From positions 620,001-684,000 of the forward strand of contig CAJNYD010000012.1 in NCBI GenBank assembly GCA_905331295.1: a stretch of DNA of 64,000 nt. The letters run 5' to 3'. How positions within the stretch are numbered: position 1 is the stretch's first letter; every line of letters starts with the position of its first letter. Below the pieces are notes generated by a model that had not been told where the DNA came from, did no database searches, and was given only the letters and a program-made list of their open reading frames with translations. This stretch comes from Rotaria socialis (taxonomy: Eukaryota). Positions 53,183-64,000 of this stretch are shown piece after piece. The position numbers and the translations under genes were made by a program.

Positions 53183-56083
53183 TACATTGGAATCGAGCTG
53201 AACAATAGTACGTTTTTGTTTCCATACTTATGCAGAAAAAGCAACATTCGATGCGTCACATGTTCTTGTTTTCAAATAAACATTGTTTAGACAAGTCTGA
53301 TATTCATTAACAGATCATAAATGGAACGCTGTTTTACACTTTATCAAAAACATAAAATTGTGAAACTTATCTCAACTTATTACGATTGAGTTTTTTGCCA
53401 ATTTTAATTACTTTCTAATAACGTCATTTGTATATTTTTATGGAGCAATTTCAGAAATATATGAGCGTCCTTTATATAATAGTATGATGGGAGCATCTTG
53501 GTAATAACAATTATCGAAATCTCTAGGATGTTAAAACGAGCAAAGATAGTAAAACAAATGATGTATTGAAACAAACCATTATGTAATAAGAAAAGTTTAT
53601 GCATGGAAGTCATTGTAAATAGGAAATGTTTTTTGATGAAGAAGCATTCACAATGAAAACTATTGAATTTTGAGAATAAAAAATTGTTTTTTTCTTCAAT
53701 TCTTAAAAATACCTAAGAAATCAATCTTTTATTATGATCAATTAAGAGTCTATAATGAAATATTCTCCTTTTGATTTCTAATGCAATTGAAGAATTCAAT
53801 ATTCAGTTACTATTTTCTAATAAAGAGAAAAGATAGAAAGAAATTAATTAATTAATTAATCCATTCATTCTTTTTGTTATTGTTGCTTCTAAATTTTTAG
53901 TGATTTCTTTTATTCCTTGCGTCAATATCGTTCTATTCAATTAAATGCTAACTAGAATACCAAAATTAAAATGCATATTTATACAATTAAAAGCAAAAGT
54001 GTACCAGAATGCATAACTTCGCTTTGTTGTTTCTGAGCGAAAACATAGAATCGATCAAGCATAGCACAACGAGCGTTTGCTTTCAACATTGTTCAAAATA
54101 AAACGATTTACCATTTGTTCATAGAATGACTTCAATATCACATAGGTCGAAGATAAACACTGGAAACTATCTGACATAGGATAATTGAGTGGCTCTTGTA
54201 AATATGAGATCAATAAAATGATTCAGTTATTTCGAAGTATTACTATAATCATTTTGCTTTCGTCAAACTTGAATTTCATATCTCATGAGTAATGCTCAAT
54301 TATTAGATCAAAATCTTCCTTTCAACATTCACACGATGACTAATCATCTTGTATTGTATCATTTAAGGAATTCATTAAACATGGAATATTTGAAATCTAA
54401 TTCTTTGATTACTGTGATTTTACATATTACACTAGCTCTAAGTACTTTAATAACGCGTTCTCTTTTTGTTTTCTCTAAGTGAATCTTCAAATAATGAAAC
54501 GCAACTAAGTTAAACTCCTATTGAAAAGCCATTCGAAATCTGAAGCTTTTAATAATTTCCTAATATACATACGAAACTTTAATCAAAGTCATTCACTATT
54601 CAAAATTCACTAAATAAATATTTGTTCAGTGATTGTTTATAATGAATATGATTTAAAGAAGAATTTTTCCACATGTTTTTGTTAGTTATGAAGTATTTTC
54701 TATACTTACATACTTATGATTCTATTGTGTATGTTTAGATCACATAACGTTATTGCAAAAACTAAATCCGATGTTCGTGAGATTCTAGTTTTTAAATTTC
54801 AATTACATCTGATGGCATTGTACATATGCAAACGTATGCTCATTGCGAAGTTGAATAACACTATCGAAAGAATTCGTCATCTAAAAGTATAAAAAAAGCA
54901 AGAAGTTAATTATTTTAATGACACGATATTTCTATGTTTTACCATTGGATAGATCTCTTTTCGAATCTGTTTACTTCATTAAGCCATGAATAATGAATTC
55001 TTAGTTTGCTGTTGTGTTTAACATATCACTTCCTTATTGAATCGAATCAAAATGTGATACTTAATAATAGAATTACTAGTTTCTATTGAGTATGGTTGAT
55101 AAATACGTTCATATTCTTCGAGCGGTCAATAATATTTGATGATGGTTTATATTTTATTTCGACTTTAAATATTGACTAAGCCGCAATAACTCGATATAGA
55201 TTTGTATGTGTATTTGCTCAAACTTTACAAAGTTGCTGTAACGATGATAGTATTAGCATATAATAATGATTACTAGTCTCGTATATGTTCAAATGTAATA
55301 AATCTCGGTTTGGCTCTCATTAGAATATATCTCTCAACATATTTTAAAGTAATTGATCGTTTAAGAATTCGTTTTGTTGGTCGGATGAAATTTCTTCCGA
55401 AGAGAATATAGTGATTATAATGATGCACCAGACCATGAGTGTTATCTTACTTGGTCATTTCCTTTTCGATTAAATACATGGATGCCAGTTAATATTGAAA
55501 CTTTGATAGAGATCAGTTGTGAACTGAAGACTGTTAGTGAAAATTTGAGCCAGAATTCCAAATAAGATTTAAGTGAATACATGTTTTCGTCATAAACGAA
55601 ACAAGTTAATGTGGTATTCTTTAAATTACCGAAGAGGGGCAGATACCATGCAACAGTTTTACTCAACAGAAGTACTGCTACTAAAAACTTCCAGGTAGAT
55701 TATTGGTTAACAAATCACATAGATACTATCGTTTTGAAGAAGATGGCGCTAGAAAGTGAACGCTGCTTTTTATTGATCAATGGTTCAGTCTTGGAAAAAA
55801 CGAGCATTTATGATCAACACAAGTCATTGATCAGGATCAGAATAGTTTAACGCTGATTTAATCAATACATTTTTAACCAGAACTATAAAGATTTGTTTAC
55901 TCAAATATTTATCAAGTTTCACATAAATCTTAAGGCTTAACATGTTCTTGAAGACAAACTCCTGTCTGATTTCTTCTTCATTTTTAGAAAACAGATTTTC
56001 GATATCTAAAGATTTGGAATTCAAATTTCTACCAGATGATTTCTACTAAAAGTGAATGTTACTGTTGGATTTACGCGATTGGC

Positions 56084-56514
56084 GAAAGTTGAGCACGAGG
56101 AAAGATGAGCACGGAAAAATAACTACGAAAGAAAAAGAAACTAAAAAAAATACAATCAATAAACATATAAACATAAACCAATTTATGTTAATTAGACCAT
56201 ATATATAACATAACAACATCAACATAATAAGTACAAATTCTGCACAATAGTCTAATTATTCACACTAAATGAATACAGAGAACGTAATTAATTGTGCGTT
56301 TGGCTGCGTGGATGCTACTCTTATTTTACCTTTTAGTGACACCCACACTCTGTCATAGAATGTAAATAATTTTATTGGGTCAGTCGATACACTGTATCTG
56401 TATAAGTTTTATTTATTTGTGCTTAGCTTTCCTGTGCTCATTTTATGGGCGCTTATTATTCCAGTGCTTAACTTTCCGTGCTCATCACTCCTCGTGCTCA
56501 ACTTTCCGGTTCCC
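56084..56514. mobile_element. Small inverted-repeat element with reiterated GAGCAC/GTGCTC subterminal motifs
   Basis: GAAAGTTGAGCACGAGGA..GATGAGCACGGAAA (56084-56117) is the inverse of TTTCCGTGCTCATC..TCCTCGTGCTCAACTTTC (about 56473-56506). Confidence 0.65.
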
Positions 56515-57943
56515 ATTTCTGTTTCTCCTTGTCGATTCCCTTTAGTTGAGCAATCCAAACTAAGCAGTCCATTAGAGAATTGCATTTTAATTCAATATTG
56601 AACACTTATACTCTAAACCTTTATCATAGATAATTGAATAGAGATAGTATCAAGAATCTACACAAAAAAAAACATTCAAAGTAGCTAATATCAGATTTAC
56701 GCAATTTTAATCGAAGAAAACACGACAAACACGAATGTTTTTGAGCATAGTGAATATTCTTATTGAATCAAAAGCAAGTATATCTTCGTAATCAATTTTG
56801 AAGATTAGGCAAAAGTAATGTCAAAACGTATAATAGAAAGAAAATTTTGTTTATGTTATCATTTTTTCTATTACTAGTAGAAAAAGATGAAGTCGAGAAT
56901 AGTTTCTTTAGATCATTGTATATAATAAATAGTTATGTGTTATTGATGGAATTAATATATAAAATTACTTTCAAGATTCTATTGGATATTATAGTTTTTT
57001 TTTATGTAGCTCAACGAAGAGAGCATCGGCGATTCAGGAGTATTTCTCTGCTGAGAATCAATCATCTTCTTTCATTTTATCAATTAAATCGAGCCCATTT
57101 GATCAGATCTGTTATTCATATCAAAGAAAAATATAGTATTGAAAAATATGAATGTAAAAATTGTCAAAAGTCTCTATGCCATCTTTCGAAAACCAGACTC
57201 TTTCAAATCAATCAATGGTACTAAAATAGACGCGGTATTGTTTGACAAGAATTAGTTTGACATTTATTTAGCCTGTTGTTTCTTGAAAAACAGCGAGTAG
57301 CACATAAAAACTCCATTGTTTGTATTATTAAATGTATATCAGTAAAACTAGCTACTGTCTGATTTCCTTCTTTCTATAAACGAGAAACAAGAAATAAGAA
57401 TATTATCTTCGTTCTTGAAAACAGATTTTTAGACAACCTTTAATTACATTTATATTCAATGATTCTTAGTTCAACTATACTGTAAAAGAAAGTATGAAGA
57501 AACTTTTGAAATCAACAAATGATAAATAATTTTTTTCTTGAAAGTCTTTTTTTTTTGAACATTTGAAATTTTTAAGAGAAGCACAAATCATAAAAGAATA
57601 ATTTTGAAAGAAAAGCAGCGATCAACAGTCAATACATACATTTTCAATTAAAGAACTGAATTAAAACACCTTCTTTGTGCATTTTTGAGAAATCTTAATC
57701 AATTAGGACGTTTTATTTGTAATATTATCTTCAAGGAATTATTTATTTAATTTTTGCTTATCAGTTTCAGCAGATAAAAATACGTTTTTTTTAATGTATT
57801 AATCGAAACAGATACATTTGCATGGTATCCAAGTGTCTCAAGATGTCAGTATGATGCTTACGTCATTTTGATTGGTTGCTTAACTGAGTCTTTTCATTTC
57901 TCCCCCTGATCATTGTTTTGTTACTGACAAAATACGAGAAAGG

Positions 57944-59263
57944 ATGGCGACAACAGAACTCGTCTATCCACTTGCTTTTCCAAAATCTGTCGTACACAAA
58001 TGTGAAATATGTGGAAAAGCTGCATCACGCATGTGTTCAAAATGTCGTGTAACGTATTATTGTTCTGAAGAGCATCAAGCAGCTGATAATATTGGTATCC
58101 ATGATAAAATCTGCTCAACATTAGCATCACTTCGATTAAAACAACCATTTCTTCCTTCCGAAGAAGAACGTCGTGAACGTGATCGTGAAATACGTGATAG
58201 AAAAATTCATTTAGTTGGAGTAACTCGCATGATTGGAGAACGACATGTAATTTTTGAAAAATAAAAATAAAAATTTATGAAATTCTATCATTCAGGTTTT
58301 TCAAGATCGTTTTGAAGCAGCTGTCCCAGCAGCACTTGCTTCACTTAAATTAGCTATTGAAGTTCATGGGCCACGAAGTGTCGAACTCATTCCATCGTAT
58401 TTAATCCTAGCTGAAGCTAGTTTAGGTTTAAAACAATTAAATCAATGTTGGGAATATCTATCTCAAGCACAATATACAGTTTTACAACAACACGAACAAG
58501 CACCTTTAGCAATAACATCACAATTAGCACGAAATATGGCTCAATTAAGTATTGCTAGAAAAGAATATGATGACGCAGCTAGACATTTAGCAAATGATGT
58601 TTGTATTCGATCGATACTCTTACTTTTTTTCGGTTTTCATTCAATAATTTTACTTTAGATCTATGATGCTTCCCTTTGCTATGGTACAGAACATCATAAA
58701 GTAGCTGGAGGTTATTTTCTTTTGGGCAAAGTATTTAAATTAATGAATCGCAACGAAGTAACAGAATCATTATATACACAAGTAACACAAATGTGGTATA
58801 ATTTTCTACGTCGTCTTCTTCAGTCACGTGTCGTATTTTCTGATATGGATGCGATTTTAGGAAAAAAAGATGAAGACGATGAAGATGAACTGACAAGCTC
58901 ATCAAAACTTGGTAAAATTAAAGAATTTTATCATATTGAGTTACTTATTGCAAAAACAAATTCTATTTTCTTTTAGATTTATCAACTGAAGCTGAAGCAT
59001 TTAATACACTTCAGACATTATTAAATTATCGTCTTGAAACTCAGCAAACCAATCCAATGACACAAGAACTGAATAAAATCCATCATTGCTTAACAATTTT
59101 ATATTTTCTAGCACGAGACTATATACAAGTGCATGATTCAATGAATAAAATAAAAGATTGTACCATACAAGATATTGAAGATGATCAGCAGCGAATACTA
59201 AAATTTCTTGAACAACTTGGTCAAATGAAAGCATTAATGAAACGTCAACAACAACAGAATTGA
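57944..59263 (+). CDS. ZMYND12: Zinc finger MYND domain-containing protein 12, 4 exons
   Basis: VYPLA.PK....CEICG..A...CSKC.VTYYC..EHQ.AD...IHDKIC, AVPAAL.SL, SVELIPSYLILAEASLGL and TPR-like helices. Confidence 0.92.
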
Positions 59264-59399
59264 TTATTTTCTTTCTTATAATTTCTTTGCTTTTCTTGTT
59301 TCGAATGAATACAGTGAATGAATCTCTGTTTGATCAATCTTTTTTTCCAAATTATTTTTCTTTTTATTGTAGATTTAATATACAACATAAGATTAAATC

Positions 59400-62276
59400 A
59401 TGTGGCAAGAAATGAGAAAACATGAGAAGAAATTACGTGGAATGATTGTTGATTATAAAAAACGATCAGAAAGGAGAAAAGAATATTATGAAAGAATTGT
59501 TTGTATATTTATTCATTTTTTTAAAGACCCAATGAATGTTGTACTATTTATAGAAACGTGATCCAGCAGAATTCTTACAGATTTGGGGTCGTCCAGCTAA
59601 AATTCATCTAGATCCATCAATAGCAATCGCTGCAGAAGCAACATTGTAAGTATAAAGATTGAAACTAATTGCATGATATTAAGTATACTGATTTCAGTAG
59701 ACTGAAATGTCGTAGTACTTTTTTCAATTTATAAAATTTATTCATTTTCATGATTGTAGAACCCCATGGCGTGATGATGAAACAACAATGATTGATCGAT
59801 TTGATGTTCGTTCACATTTGGATGTAATTGATGAATATGCTTTAAAAAGTCAACAGAATCAACAAGGCTTCGAGTCGGTACTTTTTCAATTTCTTTTTCG
59901 CGTACAATCTTGAATCGATTATTCAGTGAATAAAGAATATCTTCTTTTGTACATAATAGATCACTATCTGAAATAGAACAAAATGAAGAACGCGTATGCA
60001 ATTATGAACGTTATCGAGTTTTAATTCATAATGAATCAAATAGTGGTAGGAATGACAATTTGCCAATGAGCAAATGATTTTAAGACGAATTATGTGAAAT
60101 GATTCCTTTTTAGTTAGCGAAGAACAGTGTTTACGTGATATTGAATTTGATGAAAAATTTGGTGCACTTCGAGACGATCATCATCCAGCATCGAAAGAGG
60201 CCAAAAAGAAAAAGTAGGCTTTGTCCAATAGAGAATAGAAAAAAAACAAGGAAAGCGAGCATATGAAAAGTAGAATTTTTCTCAAAGAATTGAATCGATT
60301 CATCTTGTTTTTTTTTGTTTCTACTTCAGATCAACGACAAAAAAAGCAGAAATCGGTTTTGTATACGATGATGCACCTGCCCCAACATCAACAAAAAAAT
60401 CAACAGCAGTCGATAATAGTGATGAAAGTGATGAAGATGACAATGATGAAGATTTAGATTTGGACATTGAAATCGATATAACACAATTGACTAGTGAAAA
60501 TAAAGCATCATTAAACAAAGTTGCTACACATTATGGAATGGCATTTGGAGATTTTGCACGAATGTTAATATTGGATCGAGAAGAAATGCAAGCTATTAAA
60601 GACAATAAATTAGAACGAGAACAAGATATACCTGTGAAAGTAAGATCATTTTTTTCCTACTTATCATTATTGGATCGTATTGTTTAAATAGGGTCGTCGA
60701 GCTCGTCGTGAACGTCGTTTGGCAAAAGAAAGACGCATTAAAGAGCGTGATTTTTGTCCGCCGAGGTATTCTATTCAATATTGTTTCTGTTCTTGTCTTC
60801 ATATAAAATTTTCAAATTTCTCTCTTCATTAAAGTTATCTAAGTCGTGAAATCCCGAAATTACCTGTTGTGAAAGCAAAATCTAAATCTCGATCACCATC
60901 ACCTGTTGATACAACACCATTAAAAGAAAAGATTGAATTTATTACAGCATTTGGTGATGATGAAACATCAAAAAATAATGAACTAAAACGAAAAAGGCCT
61001 TTCGAAAAATCACTACTGGATGAATGCCGTGAAGCGAAAAAGAAAGCTGAACCAACTACTATTCCAATAAAAGTTCGTCGATTGGTTACGCCACCACGAT
61101 TGCCTGCACCAACGTAATTATTGGTGTTCTTTTTATTTTCATTTACTAATATGAATTTTGTTAGAACATCAATTGTTCCATGTCGATCAGTTCAACGAAA
61201 AAGTCAAGTTTTTTTATCTACATTACAAAAATTAAAAGAAGATTCATCACCGTATGTTCTATATGCTTTTCTTTTATAATTAAAATTTTTTGTTTTAATA
61301 TGAAGGGAACGACGAGTATTATCAGATGATGAAATATCAGCAGTAAAAGTAGTTCGAACGGAAAAGAAAGAAGAAAATAAGGATAACGATGAAGAAGACA
61401 ATGAAGATGAAGATGATGATGATCTTCAACAATATCTTAAACGAAAAGAAGCTCGACAGTAAGAGAAAATAAAAATTTGCTTTTCATATGTCACAATTTA
61501 TTTGCTTTTTGTAAGACGTAATCTAAACTTATCAATAACACCAATAAATCATAAAGAACAAAATAGTTCTAATGAGTCAACAACACTAGCAACTAAAGTA
61601 AAACAATAATAAGATTTTCTAATGTGATATTATATTCAATCATTTTTTTTTGCCTCCATAGGTTTCAATGATTAAAACTCCTCAAGAAAAACTTCGACGT
61701 CGAATGCAAAGTTTATTGAAAAAACAATGTAAATCATCTAATTTATGTTTGTTTTTGTTTATAGCAATGTGACATTTTTTTTTGTAGTTCAAAAAGATAA
61801 AGATCTACAACGTGAACGTCAACAGAGAGAAGAAAAAGAACGTGAAGTTCGTGAATCTGAGTTACGTCAATCATCAAGTAAACTGCGCCATCGTCGTTCA
61901 CGATATCATTCGGGTAGTCGATCAAGATCAAGAACAAGAAGGTAAATGTTTTTCTTTATTAAATATATTTTTTCTTAACTTATTTTTGGATTTTAGTCAT
62001 TCCCCATCTTCCCGTCGTCGACGGCAGCGATCATCGTCACCCTCGTCGTCATCATCATCGTCGTCGTCGTCTTCTTCATCGTCATCGCGTCATTCATCAG
62101 ACAATCGAAAGAAAAAACGAGTATCGCCAGTAAAACCTCGCTCACCAACACCGGAGTTTTTGAGACAGCGTTTTCGTCGCAATTATCGTCGTCGTGCATC
62201 ATCATCATCTTCTTCGGCATCTTCATCAAGGTCCGACAGAAGTTCATCGAAGAGGAAACGAACAGATTACAAATAA
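59400..62276 (+). CDS. CLASRP: CLK4-associating serine/arginine-rich protein (SWAP-family splicing regulator), multi-exon
   Basis: MWQEMRKHEKKLRGMIVDYKKRSERRKEYY, DP..FLQIWGR..KIHLD, MIDRFDVRSHLD, CNYERYR.L, IEFITAFG, TPQEKLRRRMQ..L.KQ and an RS-rich tail. Confidence 0.93.
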
Positions 62277-63223
62277 GCGTAGTCTTTCTTCTGTAATTTC
62301 TCTACTATGATGATAGATGTTAATACAGTTTTTTGTTTGTTTTTGTCGATGAGAAATATTGATCATATTTTGTATTTTTGCGAACTTGTTCAATGTTTAG
62401 TATCAAAATAAATATTACTATGATTTGTCTCTCTATCTGAAAAGTATCTAAGTATATTCACATACAAATAAACATGATACATGATGGTTCTTTGCTAGAC
62501 GAAGTAGCCAATTTGATTTAAACGGCCATCGTTAAAACTGATTATCCATAAACAATCGATTAATAGCAATATTATAATTATACTAATTTATCTTATTCGA
62601 TGATTCTCTGAGTGAAAAACATTTTTTTTGATATTTGTAGAATAAACGTGTTACTCTCAGAAGATATACAGTAAGCTTAGCTACTCTTTCTTTTGTCTCT
62701 AAAAAGACGAGTTTACTTTTCAAATCTTGAAAAATATCTTTGTTTTTATTATTATAATATTATGCATTTGTGCCTGGTTATGTTGTGATCGCTTTTTGAG
62801 AAATATTTTCTATATTCAAAAGTTTTACATGATCAATTATTTTAATTTCTAAATTGTGATAAGTCAAGTTTTTGAAAAATGTTAGATATCATTGATTTTT
62901 CAATTCGAATCGATGCATGAATATTTATTGCATGAATTTCTTCATACCTGAGCTGTTTTGCCAAATAAAGTCATGATTACGAAAATATTAAAACAGATTT
63001 TCATTAAATATTCCTAATTATGCGTTGAAGTTGAAGATAATTTTACTATGCTTATGATCACGCTGTATATCTGGCTTTTCATTGAAGATATTTCGAAACC
63101 TATCAATATGTAGAACTAACACCTAAGAAGTTTACTCTGCTGTTAAATCTTCGATTCATATATTTTTTCAAAAATTTTCAATCCGATTACTCATATATCT
63201 ATTGAAAATTTTTCGACATCAAA

Positions 63224-64000
63224 TTAAACAAGTTGACCATAGCATTCTTGATCATGGCATTCTTTTACTGGATACGTATTTGGTAAAATAAGAGTTTCAG
63301 TTGTCAAAATCAATGTTGTGCCTTCACGTCCAGGAAATGTTGCTTGTAGAAAGGCAGCAACCCAATATCCATCTCTAGGAATAGAAACTGAAAGGGAATA
63401 TGAAATAGTTGCACCAATTTGTCCCTAAAGAATAATGACAAACTGTGGAACATCTAATAATACAGACTATATCTTATACAACCTCAAATTGAACAGCAGT
63501 ATTTGTCCAAATAATAGGATTAACAACAATGCTACCAATGCCTGGATCAAGTTTTGCTTGCCGAAAATCACGTCTGTCAAATAAAACAATACTTTGATCG
63601 TTTCATATTATTTCCCTCGAACTTTACCTTAAAGTATCAGTGGTACGAGCTTGATAGGCTGTGACAGCTGTCGGTTGAGGTTTTCCACCACTGATATCAA
63701 TGACAACATGAATAATGCCAAGTGTACCATTTATAGTACGCGTCCATTTCATTGATGGTAGAGGTCTTCTCTATATTAATTAGTAATTAAATGAAAGACA
63801 GAACTTGATATCTACATACATCTGCTATGCTAAGATAAAAACTAGACAGACTTTCTTCATGTCCTTTTATATTATGACCAGTATTAGGTATTCGTCTACG
63901 TATAAAAACTATGATTTGATGTTATCAAATACCATCTTACTGAGTTTCCGTACCTTAAATAGGATCCACCTGTAGCAACTTGTAAATCATTCCAGAAGAA
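63224..64000 (-). CDS. 3' part of a PqaA / autocrine proliferation repressor AprA-family protein (runs off the window)
   Basis: Spliced translation FWNDL....G.YLRRIPNTGH, LP.MKWT, RRDFR, NPIIW, G.W.AAFLQ.TFPG and TTET.ILPNTYP...C....CYG.LV*. Confidence 0.8.

Noticed and set aside
53200..57900. Hidden gene in the long AT-rich intergenic stretch
   Set aside because: Only short ORFs, with no coherent exon chain or recognisable motif.
1..64000. CRISPR array, rRNA or autonomous transposase/RT
   Set aside because: No regularly spaced repeat-spacer array, rRNA-like sequence, or DDE or RT motifs were seen.

Overview
AT-rich, intron-containing eukaryotic DNA. Short GT-AG introns, an innexin, an ART+TPR gene and several bacterial-like domains point to an invertebrate, most likely a bdelloid rotifer (inferred, not proven). 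Conserved genes: CEP112-like, ELOVL elongase, CEP152-like, innexin, TFB1M, an SLC37/GlpT-type MFS transporter, ZMYND12, CLASRP, a partial PqaA/AprA-family gene and two identical tRNA-Ile(AAT) genes. The highlight is an accessory island at about 9.8-17.4 kb. It holds two paralogous spliced genes that join a cytoplasmic N-terminus and one transmembrane helix to a phage tail-collar / HxH tail-fibre-tip domain. Between them, on the opposite strand, a signal peptide + chitin-binding (CBM14) exon can splice in frame to a bacterial-style ricin-B lectin exon. Together these suggest a candidate microbe-recognition cluster built partly from foreign parts. Also notable: a Crypton/DUF3504-derived gene nested antisense in a 7 kb intron, two tightly spaced gene pairs with unpaired splice acceptors (possible operons), several MITE-like elements and two frameshifted pseudogenes. 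Exon coordinates were read by eye and family assignments come from motif recognition; no database searches were run.
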